Below, piece by piece: positions 29,334-38,741 of a stretch of DNA of 64,000 bases. The DNA lies in the NCBI RefSeq assembly GCF_965279485.1, contig NZ_CBDIIC010000001.1, positions 1,512,016 through 1,576,015 of the forward strand, read 5' to 3'. The first letter of the stretch is position 1; the number at the start of each line of letters is the position of its first letter. Both the position numbers and the translations under genes were made by a program. The DNA is from Lacipirellula sp. GTDB lineage: Bacteria; Planctomycetota; Planctomycetia; Pirellulales; Lacipirellulaceae. Under the pieces are notes generated by a model, which was not told the DNA's origin, did no database searches, and was given only the letters and a program-made list of their open reading frames with translations.

Positions 29334-29501
29334 ACCACGAAGACACGAAGGGCACGACTAAATTCACGAAGGACTGAGAGCGTGAACCGCCGATGAACGC
29401 AGATAAACGCTGATGAAATTGAGATATTATCTGCGTCCATTTGCGTTCATCTGCGGTTCCATTAGTTCCCGTATTCGTGGTGTCCTTCGTGCCTTCGTGG
29501 T
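29334..29501. repeat. Nested palindromic element: 10-mer-repeat hairpin inside a 9-mer-repeat hairpin
   Basis: Outer accacgaagacacgaagggcacga (29334-29357)/tcgtggtgtccttcgtgccttcgtggt (29475-29501); inner gaaccgccgatgaacgcagataaacgctgat (29384-29414)/atctgcgtccatttgcgttcatctgcggttc (29429-29459). Confidence 0.85.
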
Positions 29502-30662
29502 TCAATTTTTGTTACTGAGTTGCGAGGACGACGGCTCAGCAACGTCGATTGTCACTTCAACGCGGGCGTTGGAGAGGCGCTGTACGGTGCGGGCGGCTTC
29601 GTGTTCGAGTTTCACGCGGACTTCGACGACGCGGGCGTCGGTGTCGGCGACTGGGTCATTCGCGAGGACGTCTTTCTTCGCGACGATCATGCCGATCTCG
29701 GCGACTTCGCCCTGGAGCGGCTCGGCGCCGCCCGTGAAGAGGCGGACCGTCGCTGGCTGCCCGAGCTTGATGCGCGGCAGATCGGCTTCGTAGACTTCGG
29801 CGACCGCGTACATCTCGCTCGTGTCGCCAAGCTCGACGATGCCGTCCTCGTTGACGCGTTCACCGGGGCGGATGCAGACCTTCAGTACCTGACCGTCGAT
29901 AGGCGAGCGGACTTCGGTCGTTTCGAGTTCGGCGCGGGCCATCGCGAGCGACGCCTTCGCGGCGGCGATCTGGCGCTCTTGCTGATCGACGTCGACCGTG
30001 CGGACCTCGGCGAGGCTTTCGAGCGTCGACTCGGCATGGCTGAGTTCTTCGCGAGCCGACTCGACTTTGAGATTGGCGGCATCAACTTCCGCTTGCGGGA
30101 CAGCTTTGGTGCTCAGGAGGCGTTCGCTGCGGTGCAGGTCGACTTCCGCCTGACTCAACACCGCCTTCGCACGGCTGATCATCGCGCGCTGTGCGGCGAG
30201 GTCGCCCGGCTTGGCGCCGGCCTTAATTTGCGCGAGCTTTGAAACTTCGACGGCGACGCGAGCTTCGGCTTCGGCGACCGAGGCGGAGCGACGGTTAAAA
30301 TTGTCGAGCACTGCGACGACGCTGCCGACGGCAACTGGATCGCCTTCAGCAACGAGCAGACGCTCAAGGCGGCCCTGCTCGCCAAACGTTGACGGAGCGG
30401 CGAGGCGGATGACCTCCGTTTTCGGCTCAAGATAGCCAAGCGAGTGGACGTTCAGCACGACCGGCGTGGCCGCCTGCGGAGGCGCAGCGGCGGTGCGCCA
30501 ACGCGACATGGCAACGAACGCGACCGCGGCAACGACTGCGATAATCGCAGCCAGCAGCAACAAACGGCGCTTCGTGAAGCATCTCGCGGCGGCGCGCGGC
30601 TCGGCGACGTTCGGCTGATCTTCCACAGCCGACCCAGCGGGCGGGCTCCAGACGGGGCTCAT
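29502..30662 (-). CDS. devB: DevB-type membrane fusion protein (HlyD family)
   Basis: VHSLGYLEPKTEVIRLAAP, coiled coil, VRSPIDGQVL, MYAVAEVYEAD, DTDARVVEVRV. Confidence 0.86.
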   Translation of the reverse strand: MSPVWSPPAGSAVEDQPNVAEPRAAARCFTKRRLLLLAAIIAVVAAVAFVAMSRWRTAAAPPQAATPVVLNVHSLGYLEPKTEVIRLAAPSTFGEQGRLERLLVAEGDPVAVGSVVAVLDNFNRRSASVAEAEARVAVEVSKLAQIKAGAKPGDLAAQRAMISRAKAVLSQAEVDLHRSERLLSTKAVPQAEVDAANLKVESAREELSHAESTLESLAEVRTVDVDQQERQIAAAKASLAMARAELETTEVRSPIDGQVLKVCIRPGERVNEDGIVELGDTSEMYAVAEVYEADLPRIKLGQPATVRLFTGGAEPLQGEVAEIGMIVAKKDVLANDPVADTDARVVEVRVKLEHEAARTVQRLSNARVEVTIDVAEPSSSQLSNKN

Positions 30663-30713
30663 GATGTCCTCAATTCTCTCACAACCAATGAGGCGACGAA
30701 GGGTCGCCCGTTG

Positions 30714-31334
30714 TTACACTTCAAGCGGAGGTTCAAGGGTGGGCGAGCGGGGGCGAGAACGGCGGCGGAGCTCGTCGACGATCGCGTTCCACATGGGTTC
30801 GCCGGGGCGGGCGATGCCGAACAGTTCCCACAGGAACAGGCCGTCGGCGGCGAGCCACGTGACGACTTGCTCCACCGAGTTCGGCTCGGCTTGGATTCGC
30901 CCGCGCATTCGCTCCAGGAACGGGCGGATGACGTCGAGCAGCGCGGGATTCGAGGCGAATGCGGTGAGCATCGCCATGATGAATTTGTGCGTGGTTTCGG
31001 GGGCGATGCCGTGCGGCGTCCCCTCGGCCGACTTCTCCGACTGGGCGTCGGGGGCAAACACCATGTCGACCATCGCGCGGACCCAGCGGCGGTCAGCGTG
31101 CGGATCGTCGGCGATGCGGGAAACGAGCCCCTGCTCCACTTCGTTGGCGAAGTGCTCCATCATGCGCGTGAGGAGCTCGTCCTTCGACGCGAAGTGATAG
31201 AGAACGCCCCCCTTGGTGACGCCCGCTTCTTGGGCGACTTTGTCGAGCGTCGTCGCCTGCAGGCCATCGCGGCCGGCGACGCGGATCGCGGCCTCGAGGA
31301 TGTCTTTCGGCGTGGTAGCGGGCGGGCGGGCCAT
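30714..31334 (-). CDS. TetR/AcrR family transcriptional regulator
   Basis: HTH TLDKVAQEAGVTKGGVLYHFASKDELL; start MARPP at 31334. Confidence 0.9.
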   Translation of the reverse strand: MARPPATTPKDILEAAIRVAGRDGLQATTLDKVAQEAGVTKGGVLYHFASKDELLTRMMEHFANEVEQGLVSRIADDPHADRRWVRAMVDMVFAPDAQSEKSAEGTPHGIAPETTHKFIMAMLTAFASNPALLDVIRPFLERMRGRIQAEPNSVEQVVTWLAADGLFLWELFGIARPGEPMWNAIVDELRRRSRPRSPTLEPPLEV

Positions 31335-31483
31335 AGTCTCTTGATCGGCCAATAAAACTTCAGAGTACACCTTAACTATACCGTACGGTATGTTTGAGGC
31401 AAGTGAAATGCCACCCGGCTTTCGAAAAATCCACAAGTCCAGCACCGATAACGACTTAAATCGCCTGGCAGTGGGTAGTCGGC

Positions 31484-32863
31484 CTAGAAGTGGGTCGCGG
31501 GACGAGCCAGGAATTGGCCGGAACCGAGCTTGCCGACAAACTTTCCGTCGCGGACCTGGACTTGGCCCCGAACAGTGACGAGCGTTGGTCGGCCTTCGAG
31601 TTCCCAGCCTTCAAACGCACTGTAGTCGATGGCCATTTGCTGCGTTTTGGCGGAAATATTGCCGCGGTAGGCGGGGTCGTAAATCACCAAGTCGGCGTCG
31701 CTGCCGACCGCGATCGTTCCCTTGCGTGGGTACAGGCCGAAGAGCTTGGCGGCTTGCGTGCTCGCGGCGTCGACGAAGGTGTTTAGATCGATACGCCCGC
31801 GGCAGACGCCGTGCGTGTAGAGGAGATTGACGCGATCTTCGACAGACGGAATGCCATTGGGGATTTTCGTGAAATCGTCTCGGCCCATCTCTTTTTGCCC
31901 ATGGAAGTCGAACGGGGCGTGATCGGTGGCGACCGTGCTAACCAGCCGCGAGCGCAACGCGTTCCAGAGAATCGGCTGATGGACCGGATCGCGCAGGGGG
32001 GGCGACATCACGTACTTTGCGCCCTCGAAGTCCGGCAACTCGGCGTAGGTTTTGTCGACAACCAAGTAGGGAATGACCGTCTCCACCCAAGCGTGCACGC
32101 CGCGGAGCTGCGCTTCTTGGACCGCTTCGAGCGCCTCTCGACACGAGGTGTGAACGCAGTAAACGTGGGCGCCGGTCAGTTCAGCGAACGTCATCAGGTG
32201 ATGGACGCCCTCGGCCTCGACTTGCGGCGGACGCGATGGCTCGTGCCACTCGGGGCCTGTCTTCCCGGCGGCGAGAAGTTGACGCTGCAGTTCGCTCACC
32301 AGCGTCTCGTTCTCGCAGTGAGCGGTGACGATCAGGCCGAGTTCCTTGGCGAGTTTCAGGGTCTGATAGAGTTCGCCGTCGTCGATGCCGAAGGCGCCTT
32401 TGTACGCCAGGAAGACCTTTAGTGACGCGACGCCGCGGGCGGCGATTTCGCGGATGGCGGCCTCGGTCGTATCATCAAAACGCGAGACGCCCATATGAAA
32501 AGTGAAGTCGCAGGCGCTTTCAGCGCCCTTGGAAAGCCAGAGTTCGAACGCTTCGAGCGGATCGTCGCCGCGGGCCGGGCAGCACATTTCGATCAGCGTC
32601 GTGGTGCCGCCGACGAGTGCGGCGCGACTGGCCGTGGCGTAGGTATCCTTTGCGAACGTCCCCATGAACGGCAAGTAAATATGGACATGCGGGTCGATGA
32701 ACCCGGGGAAGATGAACTTACCCGATGCGTCGATTACCTCTGCGCCGACTGGCGCGGTGAGCCGCGGCCCGATGGCGGCGATCGTTTCCCCTTCGACGAG
32801 GACGTCGCCGATAAAATCGTCGCTGGCAGTGACGATGCGACCGTTCTGGATCAGCAGACTCAT
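31484..32863 (-). CDS. hydA: Dihydropyrimidinase / D-hydantoinase
   Basis: PGFIDPHVH, SLKVFLAYKG, VTAHCEN, YCVH, KYVMSPPLR, ATDHAPF, DFTKIPNGIP. Confidence 0.93.
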   Translation of the reverse strand: MSLLIQNGRIVTASDDFIGDVLVEGETIAAIGPRLTAPVGAEVIDASGKFIFPGFIDPHVHIYLPFMGTFAKDTYATASRAALVGGTTTLIEMCCPARGDDPLEAFELWLSKGAESACDFTFHMGVSRFDDTTEAAIREIAARGVASLKVFLAYKGAFGIDDGELYQTLKLAKELGLIVTAHCENETLVSELQRQLLAAGKTGPEWHEPSRPPQVEAEGVHHLMTFAELTGAHVYCVHTSCREALEAVQEAQLRGVHAWVETVIPYLVVDKTYAELPDFEGAKYVMSPPLRDPVHQPILWNALRSRLVSTVATDHAPFDFHGQKEMGRDDFTKIPNGIPSVEDRVNLLYTHGVCRGRIDLNTFVDAASTQAAKLFGLYPRKGTIAVGSDADLVIYDPAYRGNISAKTQQMAIDYSAFEGWELEGRPTLVTVRGQVQVRDGKFVGKLGSGQFLARPATHF

Positions 32864-32880
32864 GCGGTGCTCCGGAAGGG

Positions 32881-32913
32881 AGCCGTCAGCTCTTAGCCGT
32901 CAGCTCTCAGCCA
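32881..32913. repeat. Single arm of the heptamer (NNTCAGC) family
   Basis: agccgtcagctcttagccgtcagctctcagcca, same unit as 487-519. Confidence 0.65.
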
Positions 32914-32960
32914 TACGGGGAAGCGGCGACAGCTCTCGCAGAAGCGAACTGCCAACCAAC

Positions 32961-32995
32961 AAAAAAACCGGCAGGGGACGAGCCCCTGCCGGTTT
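32961..32995 (-). terminator. Intrinsic terminator of the S8 protease gene
   Basis: aaaaaaaccggcagggg-acga-gcccctgccggttt; U-tract on the minus strand. Confidence 0.8.
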
Positions 32996-33031
32996 ATAAG
33001 CTATTACAATCGACTGTAAATAGTCTGACGA

Positions 33032-36000
33032 CTAGCCGCGCGGCACTTCGAGGTGGTCTGCAAACATTGCGAAGGCCTCATCGGATTCGAGCTCATCGCC
33101 CGCGTCTTCGGCGTGCTCAGCCCGCAAGCCCTGACGGCGGCGCGAACCGAACAGGTCGTCAAACGCCCGGTCGCGGCGAACCGTTTCGAAGTCGAAGTTA
33201 TCGACGCGGTCAGCGGCGCCGGTCAGCCATTCGACGACGAATTCCCGTGCATCGTCGGCCCGATCTTCGAGCTTATCAGCCCGATTGCGGAGACGATCGG
33301 CGACGTCGGTCAGCTTACCGGCGAGAGCAGCAAGCATCGGACGCGACTCAAACCGACCGGCAGCTTCGTCGCGAACCGTGGCGTTGCTGCTCAGGGCTGA
33401 TGGCAACGTCGAGGTCGCGGCGGAAACAACGCTGCTAAACGCAGGAGCAAATGTCGGAGCGACCGTTTCTTCGGAAGCGGTTAGGGCTGGAGCGACGGTG
33501 GAATCGGTAGCACTCGCTGCCGCGGCTGCCGCCACGGCCTTGTTGCTTCCGAAATCGGCCTTCCAATCGGTGAGGTCGCTGCCATCGACCTTACCATCTC
33601 GGTTCCCGTCGCCGTTGCTCGAATCGGTCTGGCTCGTTTTGCCAAAGCCGCGCTGCCAGGCGAGGAAGTCCGAGCCGTCGACGCGGTTGTCTTTGTTGTA
33701 GTCCGATGGGAGAGCGGCCAACGCAGGCGCAACCGTCGGGGTGACGGCGAAGCGATAGTCTTCAACCTCGCCAACCTGAGCGATTCCGTAGGGGGTGTTG
33801 ATGGCGCCGGCCACCGGAGTTTCACTCGTGACGACGGTCGAGTACTCGCCGTAACGGAAGCGAGCGTAGACTTGCGTCGCGGTGACGCCTGCCGGTACTT
33901 GGATGTACAACGTGTTCGCGCCTTGCTGGAGCAAGACGTTATCCGTCGCGGCGCCAATGCCGCTGAAGACCAGTCGTTCGTTGGCGTCAAACGTGCCGTT
34001 GTTATTCCAGTCGATCCATCCCTTGAGGTAACCGTTGTAGCGGTTCGCAGTGGCGACGAGGCGTACCGTGGCGCCCCCGATGATCGGATCCATCACGATG
34101 CCGTCGTCGTCATCGTACTCGGTCGTATCGTCGCCGTCGGCGTTGACCGAAGGATTGGCGGCAAGTTCGCCGTCCCAGTTCGCTCCGAGGCGATATTCGC
34201 TCTTTTTGTGCTTCGCGGGGTTCAGAACAGAGGTAGCGCCCTGAATGACCGTTTCGTACGAAGTGGGCAAGTCGCCAAAATCGTAGTTAGCGGAGTTGAA
34301 GATACCGAATGCGACGCCTGTCACCGTGCCGCCGGGGGCAAGGCTGACAACGCGAGACGCATTATTGGCTGGAGCCGTCTGCACGACCGGCGACTGAGTG
34401 ACGACGCGCACGCGATATGCACCGGCGAAGACGCTGAAAGTATACGCGCCCTGGCTACTGGTGATCGTGGACGCCTCTCCGGGGTTGTACGTGAGGTCGT
34501 TATTCGCATCTAGGTACACGAAAACGCCTGCCATCCCGACTTCGCCGGCATCGCGTGTGCGATTCTGGTTCGCGTCGCCATAGACGTAACCCAAAATCGT
34601 CGCCGGGGTCGCCGGGTCGACGCCACCGCCTCCACCGCCGCCGCCATTGGCGGGCGGCTTCAGTGCATAATTCACGTTAACGAGGCTGACGCCCTGACGC
34701 AGGAGCAGCGTCGTCATCGCATTGACGGGCGTGACGGCCGTCCAACCGGTCGGCATCTGGACGCGAACGTCGACGACCGTGTTGGAAGTAATGTTGGGCA
34801 CAATGATTTCGTAGTTGCCGTTCGCGTCGGTGACGGCGGTCAACTCGCCGGCGTCGTAGGCGCCGTTGCGATTGGCGTCGACGTACACCGTGATTCCAGA
34901 GGCCGCGACGTCGTCACCGTTCTTAATGCCGTCGCCATTGAGGTCGGCGAGCACGTTGCCGGCAACCTTGGCCTCGGGCGAAGCAGTCGTCCCGGGATCG
35001 AGTAGGAAGTTAACCCCCTTCACATTCTCATCGTTGGTCACCGTCAGCGTGTCGACGAGGGCGCTGCGTCCCAGCGGATCGACGACTGAGATCTCGTATT
35101 CGCCTGGCGCGAGATCGAAGTAGTAATTGCCGTCGGCGCCGGTCACGAACTGAGCGGCGATGACGCCGTCGCTGGTGCGCTTCGCAACGACGGTCACGTT
35201 GCCGGCGAAACGCTCCTGCGCCGTATCGGCGACAGTATTCAGTTCGAAGATGCGAAGCGTGTCGGGATCCTGGTCGAAATCGACCGGAGTCGTAATGACG
35301 CGAGTCCAGTTGAATTCGCCGTCGCCATTGTCATCAATGCCGACCGCGCCTTGGACGCGTTGCGCGCTCGCAGCGACTTGCTGGCCGTGCCACGACATTG
35401 AAATCGACATGCCAAACGTCGTCGGAGACCAATTCTCCATATACAAGCGCCAGCCCTTGGTTTCACCAGTTGGCTCGCCAGTATCGGGGTCGGTGAGAGG
35501 CTCGCCGGTCAAGGGATCGAGAATCGGCGCATCATCGGTGAGTTCGCCCCAACTACGGTTGGTGGTGAAGCTCCAGATAAGATTGCCGCCGTTGTCGCCG
35601 GAACCGGGGCTACCGATCGACTGACCGGGAATCTCGTTTTGGTAGGTGGCCTGGTTCCCCATTCCGTACCAAAAGTGATTGAGCTCCGAATGGGTCCCAG
35701 TCGGGGAAACGAGCACGAGGCGCATGTTATCGAGCGCTGCCGCCGTGCCGCCGCTGATACTAAGTTTGACTTCAACCGTCTCGACGCTCATGCGGTTGTT
35801 TTCTGGCACCGAGAATTCGATGAAGTTGCTTCCCCGCGTAGGTACCGGCGGATCGTCGGCGGAGAAGGGGTCGTCGGCGAAGTACTCATTCCAGTACTCG
35901 ATGCCGACCCCGCCCGTTCCGAAGCCGCCCGGCACGACGACGTAGTTGCTGGCTTGGTTGCCTTTAGAGGCGGCCTGGATGGGGGCGGGCCCGTTCACGC

Positions 36001-37753
36001 TGGTGGTGAAAGTTCGTTCCGGCTTCAGAGTTTGCCCCTTGGTGCTCCACTGCTCGGCGAGTTGCACGGCCATCTCGGCGTCGACGGCGCCGTGAGCGTA
36101 GCCGATTTGTTCGCCGTAAGTGCCGTAGCCTTGGCTAACGGTGTACCCCGCGCCGTTGGTCATCTTCAACGGCTGATTCATCACGGGATCGAGCGTCGGG
36201 AAGTGGACCTGCAGGAAGCCAGGAATCGACGCGTCAAACTCGTCCGGTTCTTGGAAGAAGCCTTGCTGATTGACGAACCAAGTGTTCTGCGTGGTGTCCC
36301 CACTGCCGTCGGTCGGCTCTTCTAGAGGCGACACTTGCCGTGCCGAGCGGACCAGAATCTCTTGAACGTCGCGCCAACTGAGGTTCGGATTAGCTTCGAG
36401 CATGAGGGCGATGACGCCGGTAACCATCGGCGCCGACGCCGACGTCCCGTTGAAACGCGACGTATAGTTGCCGTCGGGCAGGAAGTCGCGATCGTAGATT
36501 TCGCCTTGAGTCGGGTGCGGCGGCACGTTGTAACCGCCCAGACCGCTGGTGTACGTTCCCGTGAGGTCGGTGGTGTAGATGCCGCTGCCGATGCCTTGAT
36601 CGTCGGCGATCTGCTGGTTGGCGTTCGAACCGGTCGGCGCCACGACGAGGACGTTGGGGCCCGCTTCGGGGTAGCCCGTAATCGTGCCGTCTTCGTTGAC
36701 GTACATGCCGTCGTGATCGTAGCCGCCGACGGTGATCGTATAGCGAGAATTCTGGAAGCCGTCGTAGATTGAGCTATCGTTGCCCGTGGCGCCGCCGAAG
36801 CCCGGCTGAAGGCTCGAACCGGCGCTGTTGCCGGACGCGAAGACGTGAATGACGCCCAGGCCGCCGCGACCGAAGATAATCGAATCGCGGAGGGCGTTCA
36901 CTTCGGCCGTAGACAACGGAGAGAGGGTTCTCTCGGCGGCGCTGCCCCAGCTGTTGTTCGTGATGTCGATATCTTGAATTCGGTAGCGAAAGGCGTCGAC
37001 GGTCGCATTCTGGTTGAGCGTCGGCGCGAGGAACCGAATAGGAATAATCGAGGCCCCAGGCGCGATGCCCGTACCGCCGATGCCGTTGTTCGCCACGGCA
37101 GCGATGATGCCGGCGACGGCCGTTCCGTGAGGACCGCCGTCTTGATTCGGGGTCGGGTTGGCGTTGCTGCCTGAGCCGGCGACGTTGTATCCCGGAATCG
37201 TCTTGCTAATGTTTGCTGCAAGATCGGGATGATTCGTTTGGACGCCGCTATCGATCACGGCGACGTTAACGCCTGCCCCTGTGTAGCCGAGTCCGCCGCG
37301 CATCATCCAAACTGGCGCGACATTGACGTCGTTGCCCGGGACGCCGTAAATCGGCTGCCAGTCGGGGCTGCCGACCTCTTGCCCGGTGTTGATCAAGTGC
37401 CACTGATTCGCCAGCAACGGATCCGTCGGAATCGAGAACGAGGTGCGCGCCTGGGCGGGCGAGGCGGCCGCGATCATCGCGTTCCAATAGTTTTCGTTGG
37501 CGAGGACCGCCGCGGCGCCTGCGGTGGTATTCGTCGACAGCGCAGTCGAGTTCGCCAACACATAGTCGCGGATATAGCTCTCACTCCATCCTGTCCCGGT
37601 GCCGCCCGAGCCATCCGCCATCACGCGGCGATCTTCCAGCGGTTCGAACACAAATTGGCGTTTCTGCCGACGGCTGATGCCAGCCGGGCGGCGCTCTTTC
37701 GGAGCGCGCTTACCAAAAAGACCGTTCAACCGACGTGGGTGGGAGTTCGACAC
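33032..37753 (-). CDS. Large secreted kexin/furin-like S8 peptidase with P-domain, SdrD-B-like repeats, GEVED and dockerin-like domains
   Basis: FEPLEDRRVMA signal; triad VIDSG, HGTAVAG, FNGTSASAPMVTG; DITNNSWG; LSWRDVQ; G.V..D.N..G..D.GE repeats; GEVEDY; DYNKDNRVDGSDFLAWQ. Confidence 0.88.
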   Translation of the reverse strand: MSNSHPRRLNGLFGKRAPKERRPAGISRRQKRQFVFEPLEDRRVMADGSGGTGTGWSESYIRDYVLANSTALSTNTTAGAAAVLANENYWNAMIAAASPAQARTSFSIPTDPLLANQWHLINTGQEVGSPDWQPIYGVPGNDVNVAPVWMMRGGLGYTGAGVNVAVIDSGVQTNHPDLAANISKTIPGYNVAGSGSNANPTPNQDGGPHGTAVAGIIAAVANNGIGGTGIAPGASIIPIRFLAPTLNQNATVDAFRYRIQDIDITNNSWGSAAERTLSPLSTAEVNALRDSIIFGRGGLGVIHVFASGNSAGSSLQPGFGGATGNDSSIYDGFQNSRYTITVGGYDHDGMYVNEDGTITGYPEAGPNVLVVAPTGSNANQQIADDQGIGSGIYTTDLTGTYTSGLGGYNVPPHPTQGEIYDRDFLPDGNYTSRFNGTSASAPMVTGVIALMLEANPNLSWRDVQEILVRSARQVSPLEEPTDGSGDTTQNTWFVNQQGFFQEPDEFDASIPGFLQVHFPTLDPVMNQPLKMTNGAGYTVSQGYGTYGEQIGYAHGAVDAEMAVQLAEQWSTKGQTLKPERTFTTSVNGPAPIQAASKGNQASNYVVVPGGFGTGGVGIEYWNEYFADDPFSADDPPVPTRGSNFIEFSVPENNRMSVETVEVKLSISGGTAAALDNMRLVLVSPTGTHSELNHFWYGMGNQATYQNEIPGQSIGSPGSGDNGGNLIWSFTTNRSWGELTDDAPILDPLTGEPLTDPDTGEPTGETKGWRLYMENWSPTTFGMSISMSWHGQQVAASAQRVQGAVGIDDNGDGEFNWTRVITTPVDFDQDPDTLRIFELNTVADTAQERFAGNVTVVAKRTSDGVIAAQFVTGADGNYYFDLAPGEYEISVVDPLGRSALVDTLTVTNDENVKGVNFLLDPGTTASPEAKVAGNVLADLNGDGIKNGDDVAASGITVYVDANRNGAYDAGELTAVTDANGNYEIIVPNITSNTVVDVRVQMPTGWTAVTPVNAMTTLLLRQGVSLVNVNYALKPPANGGGGGGGGVDPATPATILGYVYGDANQNRTRDAGEVGMAGVFVYLDANNDLTYNPGEASTITSSQGAYTFSVFAGAYRVRVVTQSPVVQTAPANNASRVVSLAPGGTVTGVAFGIFNSANYDFGDLPTSYETVIQGATSVLNPAKHKKSEYRLGANWDGELAANPSVNADGDDTTEYDDDDGIVMDPIIGGATVRLVATANRYNGYLKGWIDWNNNGTFDANERLVFSGIGAATDNVLLQQGANTLYIQVPAGVTATQVYARFRYGEYSTVVTSETPVAGAINTPYGIAQVGEVEDYRFAVTPTVAPALAALPSDYNKDNRVDGSDFLAWQRGFGKTSQTDSSNGDGNRDGKVDGSDLTDWKADFGSNKAVAAAAAASATDSTVAPALTASEETVAPTFAPAFSSVVSAATSTLPSALSSNATVRDEAAGRFESRPMLAALAGKLTDVADRLRNRADKLEDRADDAREFVVEWLTGAADRVDNFDFETVRRDRAFDDLFGSRRRQGLRAEHAEDAGDELESDEAFAMFADHLEVPRG

Positions 37754-38741
37754 TGATAGGTCCTTTGAAAGCAGAGCTCGCCTTGCGTGGGGAACAGGTT
37801 TTGCGTTTTCAGCGATCGTCGTCTCGTGGCCGCAAGACTGCGGAAGAAAAGCGACGGATCAAATCACAACGAAATATCCCAACTGCAGCGGCGTCACTCG
37901 TCGAAAAAGTTAATGTTCTGTCCCGAGCTGATGTGCGAAACCAAACGTAGAACTGACAGAGGCAAGAGATCGTTCGCCGATCAGGTTGATCGACCAGCGA
38001 CTGCTCCGGCAATCGTGCGTCGCTTCGTCGGCTTTGCAGTTCACTGACGCCAGCCTCATCCGAGAGGGCCGACGACTCAGTCTTCATTGAACCACTAACC
38101 TTGAACGAAAGCTCCGCCAGGTTGCCTCGGCTCTACCGCCTCGACATTCCATCTCTAGCTATCGGCAGCTGCCTGCTCCTCTTCACGCGAGGCAAATCTC
38201 CATTTGCCAGGTTCGCGTTTTGGCGTCCGCCTGCTAGCGTGGCATTCCCTGCCGTCTGTGCCGGTTAGCACAGATTTGGGGGAACCCACACCGGTCCATC
38301 CTAGTTGCGTCCAATTTTTCCGTCAAACTTTCGGCGATGCGAACTTGCCTCCGCCAGGGGGGCAGGGGCGATTCGCGTGCGGCAGCCAGATCTTGCCGGC
38401 CCCGCAGGCCAAGCCTTTGAGCAGGCTTGGCACGCAAAAGTTCCGAGAAAATGTGGTTTGCCGACAAGAGGCGCCGCTAGAGCGAAAGCCTCTCCCTATG
38501 GGGCCGCAAGCAGGCGTTTGCGTCACGCAATTTTTTCTCGCGCGTAGACAGGCCCCGAATCCGCGGCCGCGCCATTGCTGTTCGCAACGAACTTCAAACC
38601 CCGCCAAGCCTCCCAAGTTACTCGCTGAATTGGAGCAAAGCAGCCAGTTCAACGTCTATTGAGACAATTTCGCACGCCGCACGGAGTGATGGGAACACTT
38701 CAAATGCGCAGCTGATTCTCGCTCGCCTTCACGCCCCCCTA

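Noticed and set aside
38400-38460. c-di-GMP-I riboswitch-like text (hairpin followed by acgcaaaag)
   Set aside because: Lacks GGCAAA, the GNRA tetraloop and the second stem with its receptor; only superficial similarity.
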